This document shows positions 49,043-58,656 of a stretch of 64,000 nucleotides of DNA, piece by piece. Position 1 is the first letter of the stretch, and each line of letters opens with the position of its first letter. The stretch lies in NCBI GenBank assembly GCA_963826115.1, contig CAWGVS010000005.1, positions 768,001 through 832,000 of the forward strand, given 5' to 3'. The position numbers and the translations under genes were made by a program. The notes under the pieces were generated by a model. The model was not told the origin of the DNA and did not search any database. It was given only the letters and a program-made list of their open reading frames with translations. This DNA comes from an uncultured Candidatus Rokubacteria bacterium. Lineage in GTDB: Bacteria; Methylomirabilota; Methylomirabilia; Rokubacteriales; DASRDR01.

Positions 49043-49948
49043 TCAGCCCGCGCGGTCCACGTCCCGGTGGGTCACGTGGACCGGGACGCCGCTGGCATCC
49101 GCGAACCCCTGGAGCTCCTCCACCAGCGCCACCGAGCGGTGACGGCCGCCCGTGCAGCCGATCGCGACCGTCAGGTACGCCTTGCCCTCCTTCTGGTAGC
49201 GAGGCAGGAGGTAGGTCAGGAGGTCGCGGAGCCGCGTGATGAGCTCCTTCCCCTCGGGCTGCTCGACCACGAACTGCCGGACGGCCGCCGCCCGCCCGTC
49301 CTGCGCCTTGAGCCCCTCGACGAAGAAGGGGTTGGGCAGGAACCGGCAGTCGAACACGAGGTCCGCCTCGTACGGCACGCCGAATTTGTACCCGAACGAG
49401 AGGAGGTTCACGCTGAGCCCCGGCGAGGCGGTCTCCCCGTAGGTTTCGACGAGGCGTTGCCGCAGTTCGTGCACCGTGATCTGGGACGTGTCGATCACCC
49501 GGTCGGCGAGCTCCCGGAGGTTCGCCAGGAGCTTGCGCTCTTCGCGGATGCCGTCGAGGAGCGAGCCCGACGACACCGGGTGCCGACGCCGGGTTTCGTG
49601 GTAGCGGCGGACCAGTGCCTCCTCGGAAGCCTCGAGGAACAGCACCTCGGTCTGGTAGCCGGCGCCGCGCAGCTCGCCCAGCACCTCCACCACCGAGTGG
49701 AGGTACTCGCGCTCCCGGATGTCGACGCCGAGGGCGATGCGGCCGATGCGCCGGGTGGAGTGCGCGCAGAGCTCGGCGAAGGTCGGGATCAGGGTGGTCG
49801 GCAGGTTGTCGACGCAGTAGTAGCCCATGTCCTCGAAGCACTTGATGGCCCAGCTCTTCCCGGCTCCGGACAGGCCGGTGATGATGATGAGCCGGGCGCG
49901 CTCGGGCTCCGGGTCGGCGTGCCCCGACCTAGCCGGCGGGCTCGACAA
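49043..49948 (-). CDS. rapZ: RNase adapter RapZ
   Basis: TGLSGAGKS, CVDNLP, ETRRRHP, SFGYK.G, RFLPNP, GCTGGRHRS. Confidence 0.96.
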   Translation of the reverse strand: MSSPPARSGHADPEPERARLIIITGLSGAGKSWAIKCFEDMGYYCVDNLPTTLIPTFAELCAHSTRRIGRIALGVDIREREYLHSVVEVLGELRGAGYQTEVLFLEASEEALVRRYHETRRRHPVSSGSLLDGIREERKLLANLRELADRVIDTSQITVHELRQRLVETYGETASPGLSVNLLSFGYKFGVPYEADLVFDCRFLPNPFFVEGLKAQDGRAAAVRQFVVEQPEGKELITRLRDLLTYLLPRYQKEGKAYLTVAIGCTGGRHRSVALVEELQGFADASGVPVHVTHRDVDRAG

Positions 49949-50462
49949 GCTCCACCCGCCCGTCGGGCCGGCGCCGGAGGACGTTCACGGTCCCCGTCCG
50001 CGCATTCCGGAAGACGAGGAGGCCGTCCGTCTGGAGGCGCAGCTGGTCCACGGCCTCCTCGAGGGACATGGGCTTCACGCTGGTCCGGCGCACCACGACC
50101 GGGGCCGCCGGAGCGGCTTCGGGCGGCTCCGCGGGGGGGGCGGCCGCCGGACGGGCCCGCGATGGTCGCGGCTTCTTGGCGGTCACCCGCTCCTTCCGCC
50201 GCCGGATCTGGGTCGCCAGCACCGTCAGCGCCTGGTCCACCGCCGCGTGGAAGTCGGGCGCCTCGCCCTCGGCGTGGAACGTCGCCCGCTTGGCCTGCAA
50301 GGTCACCTCGGCGAGGTGGCGGTAGCGTTCGGTCGCGAGGACGACGCGGGCCTCGATGAGCTTGGGGAAGAGGCGCTGCATCTTGGCGACCTTTCCCTCG
50401 ACCCGACGCCGGATGTCCGGGGAGACGCTGGCGCCCCCGCGTCCCGCCAGATGGAAAACCAT
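49929..50462 (-). CDS. hpf: Ribosome hibernation promoting factor (long HPF/RaiA)
   Basis: D..AAVD.A..L..QIRRRKE; KPMSLEEAV.QL, VFRN..NV..RR.DG; follows rpoN. Confidence 0.88.
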   Translation of the reverse strand: MVFHLAGRGGASVSPDIRRRVEGKVAKMQRLFPKLIEARVVLATERYRHLAEVTLQAKRATFHAEGEAPDFHAAVDQALTVLATQIRRRKERVTAKKPRPSRARPAAAPPAEPPEAAPAAPVVVRRTSVKPMSLEEAVDQLRLQTDGLLVFRNARTGTVNVLRRRPDGRVELVEPAG

Positions 50463-50469
50463 GCGGCTC

Positions 50470-51933
50470 TCAGCTGCGCTTGCGCACCGCGAGACGGCGC
50501 TGGTGCGAGGGCAGGATGCCGAGCTCCTCCCGGTACTTCGCGACCGTCCGCCGCGCGATCGTCAGGCCATCCTGCCGGAGCGCCTTGGTGATGTCCTGGT
50601 CGGAGAGGGGCTTCGCCAGCTCCTCCTTCGCCACGAGGTCCTCGATCATCTTCTTGACGCTGACCGACGAGACCTCGTCGCCTTGCGTCTTGGCGATGCC
50701 GCTGTGGAAGAAGAACTTCAGCGGCAGCACGCCTTGCGGCGTCTCCACGTACTTGCTCGTGGTCACTCGGCTCACCGTCGATTCGTGCATCCGGATGTCC
50801 TCGGCCACGTCCCGGAGGGACAGGGGCCGGAGGTAGGGGAGCCCGTTGTCCAGGAACGCCCGCTGGAACTGGACGATCGAGTTCGTGACCTTGTAGAGTG
50901 TTTTCTGCCGCTGCTGGATGCTCTTGATCAGCCAGACCGCGGACCGGACGCGGTCCTCGACGTAGCGCCGCGCCTCGTCCCCCTGCCCGATCACGTCCCG
51001 GTAGTAGCGGTTGATCCGGAGCCGCGGCATGCCGTCCTCGTTGAGGATGATGGCGTAGTCGTCGCCGACCTTCTTCACCAGCACGTCCGGCGTGACGTAG
51101 CGAGTCTCGGTCGACGCGAAGCGGCGCCCCGGCTTCGGCTCGAGCGTGGCGATCTCGTGCACGGCCTCGATGACCCGGTCCTGGTCGACCTTGAGGGTGC
51201 GGGCGATCTCCGGGTACTTGCACCGCTGCAGCGCCTCGAAGTGCTGGTCGAGGATCTGGATGGCGAGCGGGTTCGCGGGCTGCGCGCGTCCCGGGTCGCG
51301 GAGCTGGAGGAGCAGACACTCCCGGAGGTCGCGCGCGGCCACGCCGATCGGGTCGAAGGTCTGCACGAGCTCGAGGGCCTTCTCGATCACCGCGGGCGGG
51401 AGCTGCCGCTTCTCCGCGATCTCCTCGATCGTCGCCCGGAGGTACCCGTCCTCGTCGAGATTTCCGACGATCTCCTCCGCCGCCGCCTGCACTTGCGGCT
51501 CGACGACGCTCAGGCGGAGCTGTTCGTCCAGGTGGTCCGCGAGCGAGGTCGGAGTCCCGACGAAGTTCTCGAAGCGCGTGTCCTCGTGCTCCTCCTGCTG
51601 GACCAGGCTCCGCTCCTCGGGCGGGCCGAAGATGACCTCCGAGATGTCGAACGGGAGGTCGGGCGCGGCGTCGCCGGTCGGGGCCGTCGCGATCTCGGGC
51701 GCGGTCTCAGTCCGAGGCGGCTCGGGCGCCGCCTCGCCCTGCTCCTCGGTTTCCGGGGTCGGCGCGTCGTCGGGCGGGGCCTCCTCGAGGACGGGGTTCT
51801 CGAGGAGCTCCTTCTGCACGACCTCCTGGAGCTCCACCACCGACATCTGCAGGAGCTGGATCGCCTGCTGCAGCATCGGCGTCATGACGAGCCGCTGCGT
51901 CTGGCGGAGGGTGAGCCGGGTCTCCATGGCCAT
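50470..51933 (-). CDS. rpoN: RNA polymerase sigma-54 factor
   Basis: MTPMLQQAIQLLQ, MHESTVSR, RpoN box ARRTVAKYRE. Confidence 0.98.
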   Translation of the reverse strand: MAMETRLTLRQTQRLVMTPMLQQAIQLLQMSVVELQEVVQKELLENPVLEEAPPDDAPTPETEEQGEAAPEPPRTETAPEIATAPTGDAAPDLPFDISEVIFGPPEERSLVQQEEHEDTRFENFVGTPTSLADHLDEQLRLSVVEPQVQAAAEEIVGNLDEDGYLRATIEEIAEKRQLPPAVIEKALELVQTFDPIGVAARDLRECLLLQLRDPGRAQPANPLAIQILDQHFEALQRCKYPEIARTLKVDQDRVIEAVHEIATLEPKPGRRFASTETRYVTPDVLVKKVGDDYAIILNEDGMPRLRINRYYRDVIGQGDEARRYVEDRVRSAVWLIKSIQQRQKTLYKVTNSIVQFQRAFLDNGLPYLRPLSLRDVAEDIRMHESTVSRVTTSKYVETPQGVLPLKFFFHSGIAKTQGDEVSSVSVKKMIEDLVAKEELAKPLSDQDITKALRQDGLTIARRTVAKYREELGILPSHQRRLAVRKRS

Positions 51934-51996
51934 GGCGGCGCCTATCCGGTGGGCCCGACGGCCCCGGGCCGGTCGACCGGCCGGACGCGCGCGAGG

Positions 51997-52716
51997 CTAG
52001 AGCGAGAACTTCTCACCGAGGTAGATCTCCCGCGCCTTCTCGTTGGTGGCCAGCTCGTGCGCCTTGCCCGACACCAGGATCTGACCGCCGAAGAGGATGT
52101 ACGAGCGGTCGGTGATCGAGAGGGTCTCGCGGACGTTGTGGTCCGTGATCAGGACCCCGATCCCCTTCTCCTTGAGCCGCGCGACGATGCTCTGGATCTC
52201 GGCGATCGCGATCGGGTCGATACCCGTGAACGGCTCGTCCAGCAGGATGTAGTTCGGGGACGTGATGAGGCAGCGCGTGATCTCGAGGCGCCGCCGCTCG
52301 CCGCCGGACAGCGTGAAGGCGCGTTGCTTGGCGAGGTGCTCGAGGCTCAGCTCCCGGAGCAGGTTGCGCAGACGCTCCTGCCGCTCCCGCGGGCTGAGGT
52401 CGATGGTCTCGAGGATGGCCAGCAGGTTCTCCTCGACCGTCAGCTTCCGGAAGACCGAGGACTCCTGCGGGAGGTAGCCGATGCCCTGTCGGCACCGCCG
52501 GTACATGGGCAGATTCGTGATGTCGTGCCCGTCCAGGAGGATCCGGCCGCGATCCGGCGTCAGGAGGCCGACGACCATGTAGAAGGTCGTGGTCTTCCCC
52601 GCCCCGTTGGGGCCGAGGAGGCCGACCACCTCTCCGCGCTCGATGTTGACGTTCACGTCGTTGACGACCTTCCGGTGTCGAAACGTCTTGACGAGGCCTT
52701 GCGCCTCGAGGCCCAT
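51997..52716 (-). CDS. lptB: LPS export ABC transporter ATP-binding protein
   Basis: [41 protein letters not shown]. Confidence 0.97.
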   Translation of the reverse strand: MGLEAQGLVKTFRHRKVVNDVNVNIERGEVVGLLGPNGAGKTTTFYMVVGLLTPDRGRILLDGHDITNLPMYRRCRQGIGYLPQESSVFRKLTVEENLLAILETIDLSPRERQERLRNLLRELSLEHLAKQRAFTLSGGERRRLEITRCLITSPNYILLDEPFTGIDPIAIAEIQSIVARLKEKGIGVLITDHNVRETLSITDRSYILFGGQILVSGKAHELATNEKAREIYLGEKFSL

Positions 52717-52734
52717 CCGGCGCCTGCCCCGATC

Positions 52735-53376
52735 TCAGCCGCAGGCGCCGGGGCGCTTTTCGTCCTTCTTCGCGGCGGGGGCCCCACCCGCGGGCTTTTC
52801 CTCGTCGCGCTTCGGGTAGAAGACCGACTTCACGCGGCCCTGCGGACCCGCCTCGACCTCGCTCCGGTCGTCGGCGAGGTACATGACCACGCGCTCGCCC
52901 GTGACGACGTTGTCCTCCTGCCACACCTTGGCGTCGCCGATCAGGAGGAGCTTCTGGTCGTCGTCGTAGTACTCGGCGCGCTTCGCGGTACCGGTGCGGC
53001 AGTCCTCCGTGACGATCTTGACGTTTCCCGTCGAGATGATCCGGAGCACCCGCTCGCCCTTGTCGTCCAGGTACACCTCCATGCGGTCCGCTGTCTGGAC
53101 CGAGGTGTCCTGCTTGGCGACCACGTTCCCGGTGAAGACGACGAGCCCTTCCTTCTTGAAGGCCTCCATCCGGTCCGCGTCGATGACGATGGGCGAGTTC
53201 GATCGCGGCCCGCCGGGCTTGTTGCTGGACTTGGCGGGCGCGGGCTTCGGCGCGGCCGCAGGCGCGCCGCCACTCTTGGGGGCGGGAGCCGGCGCCTTGG
53301 TCTGGGCGACGAGCGGCGAGGCGACTCCGGCGCTCAGCGCCACCAGGGCCGTCAGGACGAGAGCGGCGCTCCTCAT
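52735..53376 (-). CDS. lptA: LPS transport periplasmic protein LptA
   Basis: Signal peptide, PIVIDADRME, FTGNVV, GNVKIV, GDAKV.Q, RVKSVF; lptC-A-B synteny. Confidence 0.9.
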   Translation of the reverse strand: MRSAALVLTALVALSAGVASPLVAQTKAPAPAPKSGGAPAAAPKPAPAKSSNKPGGPRSNSPIVIDADRMEAFKKEGLVVFTGNVVAKQDTSVQTADRMEVYLDDKGERVLRIISTGNVKIVTEDCRTGTAKRAEYYDDDQKLLLIGDAKVWQEDNVVTGERVVMYLADDRSEVEAGPQGRVKSVFYPKRDEEKPAGGAPAAKKDEKRPGACG

Positions 53377-53963
53377 GGCTTGCTGCTCCTCGGGAAGAGT
53401 GCGAGGTTCGACTTCACGCGGTCCGTGATGACGACCCGGACGTTCTGGCGGATGGCCGCGCTCTCCTCCTGCATGCGGACCGCGAGGCCCCGCCCGGTGA
53501 TCGTGGTGCCTTCGCGGCTGATCTCCACGGGGTCGTCGGTTGCCAGGGTGCGGCGCTCGTTGTCCCAGGCGAGGGCGGCCGTCTTCATCTCCAGGCCGTC
53601 GTTCGATCGGATCACGACGTTCCCGGTGAGGGTGACGTCCCGCTTGTTGTTGTCGAGCGTGCCCTCGTCGCTCGTGACCGTCCAGTCGCCGTCCTTCGAG
53701 AACAGCTGGATGACGACCTTCCGCATGAGCGTGATGCCCTTCTGGTCGTAGACCTCCGCCTGGTCGGCGCGCAGGGTCCACCGGAGGTTCCCGTCCAGGG
53801 TCTCGTTGATGTGGACTTCCTTGATCTGGTACTCCGCCTGCTGTGGCGGTTGCTGGACGGCCGGAGGCGGCCGCCGCCCCATGACCCGCCAGGCAACGAC
53901 GCCCGACAGGCCGGCCAGCACGGCCAGGAAACACACCAGGAAGAGCGTTGAGAGCCGGCGCAT
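53373..53963 (-). CDS. lptC: LPS export protein LptC
   Basis: N-terminal TM, beta-jellyroll (W.L.ADQA, LTGNVVI, TDDPVEI, G.GL); synteny. Confidence 0.9.
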   Translation of the reverse strand: MRRLSTLFLVCFLAVLAGLSGVVAWRVMGRRPPPAVQQPPQQAEYQIKEVHINETLDGNLRWTLRADQAEVYDQKGITLMRKVVIQLFSKDGDWTVTSDEGTLDNNKRDVTLTGNVVIRSNDGLEMKTAALAWDNERRTLATDDPVEISREGTTITGRGLAVRMQEESAAIRQNVRVVITDRVKSNLALFPRSSKP

Positions 53964-54152
53964 TCGATTGACCGTCAGTGCCCGGGATAGCCCGACACGG
54001 CGCCTACCCTAGCACGAATCGTGCCGGGATAGAAGCGGCAAGATTCCATGCTGGTCCTGAGCAGCATGATCGTCAATAAATCAGTAGTTGCGATAACTTC
54101 TGAGGCGGTTCGATGTCGCGTCCGAGACCCGACTGGGACGCGAGCCTCCCGG

Positions 54153-55130
54153 TCAGGCGATCTTGGCCCGGAGGAGGTCGTGGAGGTGGAGGATCCCGTC
54201 CGGGCGTCCCTGGTCGTCGACGATGAAGAGCTGGGTGATGCTGTGCCGCTCCATCAGCTCGAGCGCGGTCGCGGCCAGCTCGGCTCGCCCCACGGTCTTC
54301 GGCCGGTGGGTCATGAGGGCGCCCACCGTGGTCGGGAGCGCCCCGCTCCGTTCGAGCGCGCGCCGGAGATCCCCGTCCGTGACGATGCCGGCGAGCCGGC
54401 CGCCGGCGTCGACGACGCCCGTGCAGCCGAGGCGCTTCGCGCTCATCGCCCGCACGACCTCGTCGAGGGTCGCGCCCTCCGCGACGACGGGCAGCGCATC
54501 CCCCTGGCGCATGAGCTCGGACACGCGGACCAAGCGGCGGCCGATCGCGCCACCCGGGTGGAGCCGCGCCATGTCCTCCGGGCCGAGGCCGCGCCGCGTC
54601 AGCACCGCGATCGCCAGGGCGTCACCCAGCGCGAGCGCGGCGGTGGTGGACGAGGTCGGCGTGAGGTTCAGCGGGCAGGCCTCCTCGCGGACCGAGACGT
54701 CGAGGACGAGCTCGGCGTGCTGCGCGAGGCGGGAGTCCGGGCGCCCCGTGAGGAGCACCAGCGGCGCGGCGAGCCGCTTGATCGCCGGGACCAGCGCGAG
54801 GAGCTCTTCGGTCTCCCCGCTGTGGGAGAGCGCGAGCACGACGTCACCACGGACCAGCATGCCCAGGTCACCGTGGACCCCCTCGGCGGGGTGGAGGAAC
54901 AGAGCGGGCGTGCCCGTGGCCGCGAGCGTGGCCGCGAGCTTCTTGCCCACGAGGCCGGACTTTCCCATCCCGGTCACGACGACGCGGCCGCGGCACGATT
55001 CCACCAGTGCGACCGCCTGCTCGAAGCGCTGGTCCAGGCGGTCGATGAGCGCCCGCACCGCGTCGGCCTCGGTCTCCAGCACGCGGCGCGCCACCTTGAG
55101 GGCGTCGTCGGACCCGAACGAGCCCTTCAT
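54153..55130 (-). CDS. kdsD: Arabinose-5-phosphate isomerase (KpsF/GutQ family)
   Basis: TGMGKSG, LHPAEGVHGDLG, SHSGET, PTSST, HPGG, CBS pair. Confidence 0.95.
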   Translation of the reverse strand: MKGSFGSDDALKVARRVLETEADAVRALIDRLDQRFEQAVALVESCRGRVVVTGMGKSGLVGKKLAATLAATGTPALFLHPAEGVHGDLGMLVRGDVVLALSHSGETEELLALVPAIKRLAAPLVLLTGRPDSRLAQHAELVLDVSVREEACPLNLTPTSSTTAALALGDALAIAVLTRRGLGPEDMARLHPGGAIGRRLVRVSELMRQGDALPVVAEGATLDEVVRAMSAKRLGCTGVVDAGGRLAGIVTDGDLRRALERSGALPTTVGALMTHRPKTVGRAELAATALELMERHSITQLFIVDDQGRPDGILHLHDLLRAKIA

Positions 55131-55942
55131 GGGATCCCCGCCAGGGCCTCGCCAATCGCCCGGAGCTCGCGAAGGAGCCGCGGGAGCCGGCCGAGCGCCA
55201 GCATCGTCGGCCCGTCCGAGGGCGCCCGCTCCGGGTCCTCGTGGACCTCCATGAAGACCGCGTCCACCCCGAAGGCGACGGCGGCGCGCGCGAGCGGCTC
55301 CACGTACTGGCGCTCGCCGCCCGAGCGGGTCCCCTCCCCGCCGGGGAGCTGCACCGAGTGCGTGGCGTCGAAGACGACCGGCACCCCGAGGCCGCGCATC
55401 ACGCGGAGGCCGCGGAAGTCCACGACGAGGTTGTTGTACCCGAAGGTGGCCCCCCGCTCGGTGAGGAGGACATCCTCGCATCCCGCGCCCCGGAGCTTCT
55501 CGACCACGTTCCGCATGTCCCACGGCGCCATGAACTGACCCTTCTTCACGTTCACCGGGCGCCCGCTCCGGCCGCAGGCGACGACGAGGTCGGTCTGCCG
55601 GCACAGGAACGCCGGGATCTGGACCAGATCGAGGACCTCGGCCGCCGCCGGCACGTCCTCGGGTCCGTGCACGTCCGAGAGCACGGGGCAGCCGAACGTC
55701 TCGCGCACGCGCCGGAGGATCCGGAGCCCCTCCCGGAGACCCGGACCCCGGTACGAACGGGCCGACGAGCGGTTGGCCTTGTCGTAGGAGGACTTGTAGA
55801 CGAACGGCACGCCGGCATCCGCCGCGATCCCGACCAGGGTCTCGGCGGTCCGGAGGGCGTGCGACTCGTCCTCGATCGCGCACGGGCCCGCCAGGAGTGC
55901 GAGCGGGCGCCCGCCGCCGATCGCCACGGGCCCGACGGACAC
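55127..55942 (-). CDS. kdsA: KDO8P synthase
   Basis: AGPCAIE, KSSYDKANRSS, QIPAFLCRQTD, KKGQF, DATHSVQLPG, E.H..P..A.SDG; exact start uncertain (first in-frame GTG 55942). Confidence 0.95.
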   Translation of the reverse strand: MSVGPVAIGGGRPLALLAGPCAIEDESHALRTAETLVGIAADAGVPFVYKSSYDKANRSSARSYRGPGLREGLRILRRVRETFGCPVLSDVHGPEDVPAAAEVLDLVQIPAFLCRQTDLVVACGRSGRPVNVKKGQFMAPWDMRNVVEKLRGAGCEDVLLTERGATFGYNNLVVDFRGLRVMRGLGVPVVFDATHSVQLPGGEGTRSGGERQYVEPLARAAVAFGVDAVFMEVHEDPERAPSDGPTMLALGRLPRLLRELRAIGEALAGIP

Positions 55943-55979
55943 GACGCGCGTGGCCGGGACCGCGCCGCCGCCCGAGCGG

Positions 55980-57056
55980 TCAGCGTCCGACGAAGTAGTG
56001 GTCGAGGCCGATCTTCCGGGTCCCATAGAGCTTGTTCCGCGTGGCCTCCTGGCAGACCTCCGCGTTCTTCCCTCGAAGCTCCGCGCACACGCGGATGGCG
56101 GTGGGCTCGTCGATCTCGGCGAGCTTCTCGACGACGCCCTGGATACACAGCCACTGAGCCGCCTCCGGCCCCTGCCCGCAGATCTCTCGGATGCGCGACG
56201 GCGTCTGGGCGACGGGCCCGACGCTCGCGTGCCCCAGCCCGTGGAAGCAGGCAGGCTGGACACGGGATGGGAGGCCGAGGCACTCCTTGGCCACCGCCGG
56301 CATCCCCTCCCCGCGGCTTGCGGCCCGCGCGAGCATGAAGAACACCTTGTACCGGTAGCAAGCCGCGGCGTACTGCTTCGCCTCGTCGCAGGGATACTGA
56401 TCGGCGCGGGCGGCGATCTGCTTCTGGTACGTCATGAAGAGCTGCATGTACGCGCCGGACGCGCAGTAGTACTGGTAGGCGCGCTCCCCGACGGCCTCGC
56501 AGAGCTTCAGCGCGCGGGGGATGTCGTAGTTCGACACGTAGGCGGCGCCGTGGCCGACCCCGTGCACGCAGTCCCCCTTCTTGTGGATCCGGCGGAAGGC
56601 CTCGCCGTCGCACAGGGTCGCGATCCGGTCGCGCAGGGAGCCGGGCTGCTCGGTGAACGCCTCCATCAGGACGCCGTGCATGCAACCCGAGACGCAGCGA
56701 GTCTGGCAGGCCTGGAGAACCGCCGGCATGTCCTTCGTCGTCGCGTAGGCGGCCTTGCCGAGCTCGTGCGCGTGGTCGTGGCAGTTCGGGAACGCGCTCT
56801 CCAGCGCGTCGAGCAGCCCCGGGACGCCGAGACGGGGGATCCAGGCCTCGAGCACCTTCCGCCGGCCCTCGGGAGGAGCGGCGCGGTACTCCCCGAGGAA
56901 GCGCTGACGGAGCGCGGGGTCGGACGGCGTCGTGGGCGTCGGATTCGCCGCGCGCTCCTCGAAGACCGAGGGCGCGGCCGGTGGGGCCGCCGGCGCCGCG
57001 GTGGTCGCGCCCGCCCCGAGCGCGATCGCGGCGAGCAGGAGGGCGGCGGGCCTCAC
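55980..57056 (-). CDS. Secreted Cys/His-rich helical repeat protein of unknown function
   Basis: Signal peptide; 16 Cys; [29 protein letters not shown]; GTGA overlap with pyrG. Confidence 0.8.
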   Translation of the reverse strand: MRPAALLLAAIALGAGATTAAPAAPPAAPSVFEERAANPTPTTPSDPALRQRFLGEYRAAPPEGRRKVLEAWIPRLGVPGLLDALESAFPNCHDHAHELGKAAYATTKDMPAVLQACQTRCVSGCMHGVLMEAFTEQPGSLRDRIATLCDGEAFRRIHKKGDCVHGVGHGAAYVSNYDIPRALKLCEAVGERAYQYYCASGAYMQLFMTYQKQIAARADQYPCDEAKQYAAACYRYKVFFMLARAASRGEGMPAVAKECLGLPSRVQPACFHGLGHASVGPVAQTPSRIREICGQGPEAAQWLCIQGVVEKLAEIDEPTAIRVCAELRGKNAEVCQEATRNKLYGTRKIGLDHYFVGR

Positions 57057-58654
57057 CGGCGGCTGTGCCGCAGGGCCGCTCCGACGAACCCGGCGAAGAG
57101 GGGATGCGGCGACCAGGGGCGCGACCGGAATTCGGGGTGGAACTGCCCTGCCACGAACCACGGGTGATCGGGCAGCTCCACGATCTCCACGAGCTGCTTC
57201 GCCGGCCACACGCCCGAGACGCGGAACCCGTTCTTCTCGAGGAGCTTCCGGTACTCGTTCGAGACCTCGTAGCGGTGGCGGTGGCGCTCCTGGATGTGCG
57301 TGCTGCCGTAGATCTTCGCCGCCAACGAGTCCTCGGCGAGCGCGATCGGATACAGGCCGAGCCGCATTGTGCCACCCTTGTCCTCGACCGTCCGCTGCTC
57401 GGGCAGGATGTCGATGACCGGATGGGGGGTCTGCGCGTCGAACTCGGCCGAGTTGGCTCCCGCGAGCCCGGCAACGTGCCGGGCGAACTCGATCACCGCG
57501 CACTGTAGCCCGAGGCAGATGCCGAAGAACGGCACGTTGTGCTCGCGAGCATACTGGATCGCCTCGACCTTGCCCGGGATGCCGCGGTCCCCGAAGCCGC
57601 CGGGGATCAGGATGCCGTCCACGTCCGCGAGGTGCGCCGCGGGTCCCTCCTGGACGAGCTGCTCGGCGTCGACCCACCGCGTCTCCACGCGGGCGTTGTG
57701 GGCGATCCCGCCGTGCGTCAGCGCCTCGGCCAGGCTCTTGTAGGAGTCCCGGAGCTCGACGTACTTGCCCACGACCGCGATCCGCGCCGTCCGGGCCGGC
57801 TGCTTGATCTTCCGGACGATCCCCTCCCACGTCGACAGGTCGATGGGGCCGGCCGGCAGGCCGAGCAGCTTGACGATGATCTCGTCGAGCCCTTCCTGGT
57901 GGAAGACGAGGGGCACCTCGTAGATCGTCTCCACGTCCTTGGCGGTGATCACCGCCTCCTCGTCGACGTCGCAGAACAGCGCGATCTTGGACTTGATGGA
58001 CGCCGGCAGGAAGCGGTCGGTCCGGCACAGCACGATGTCGGGCTGGATACCGATCGCCCGCAGCTCCTTCACGGAGTGCTGCGTCGCCTTGGTCTTGAGC
58101 TCGCCCGACGCCTTGATGAACGGTACCAGGGTCAAGTGGATGTAGAGCACGTTTTCGCGCCCGACGTCCTTCTTGAGCTGGCGGACGGCCTCCAGGAAGG
58201 GCAGGCTCTCGATGTCGCCGACGGTGCCGCCGATCTCGACGATCTGGACGTCGACATCCTGGCTGACCCGCCGGATCGACGCCTTGATCTCGTCGGTGAT
58301 GTGCGGGATCACCTGGACGGTACGGCCCAGGTAGTCGCCGCGCCGCTCGCGGGAGATCACCGCGTGGTAGACCTTGCCCGTGGTGACGTTGTGGTCCCGC
58401 GTCATGCGCGCGCGCGTGAACCGCTCGTAGTGGCCCAGGTCCAGGTCGGTCTCGCCGCCGTCGTCGGTGACGAAGACCTCGCCGTGCTGGTAGGGGCTCA
58501 TGGTCCCCGCGTCCACGTTGATGTAGGGATCCATCTTCTGGAGGGTGACCCGGAAGCCGCGGGCCTCCAGGAGACAGCCGATGGACGCGGCCGCCAGTCC
58601 CTTGCCCAGGGACGACACAACCCCGCCGGTGACGAACACGTACTTGGTCGGCAC
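57053..58654 (-). CDS. pyrG: CTP synthase
   Basis: [41 protein letters not shown]. Confidence 0.98.
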   Translation of the reverse strand: MPTKYVFVTGGVVSSLGKGLAAASIGCLLEARGFRVTLQKMDPYINVDAGTMSPYQHGEVFVTDDGGETDLDLGHYERFTRARMTRDHNVTTGKVYHAVISRERRGDYLGRTVQVIPHITDEIKASIRRVSQDVDVQIVEIGGTVGDIESLPFLEAVRQLKKDVGRENVLYIHLTLVPFIKASGELKTKATQHSVKELRAIGIQPDIVLCRTDRFLPASIKSKIALFCDVDEEAVITAKDVETIYEVPLVFHQEGLDEIIVKLLGLPAGPIDLSTWEGIVRKIKQPARTARIAVVGKYVELRDSYKSLAEALTHGGIAHNARVETRWVDAEQLVQEGPAAHLADVDGILIPGGFGDRGIPGKVEAIQYAREHNVPFFGICLGLQCAVIEFARHVAGLAGANSAEFDAQTPHPVIDILPEQRTVEDKGGTMRLGLYPIALAEDSLAAKIYGSTHIQERHRHRYEVSNEYRKLLEKNGFRVSGVWPAKQLVEIVELPDHPWFVAGQFHPEFRSRPWSPHPLFAGFVGAALRHSRR

Positions 58655-58656
58655 GA

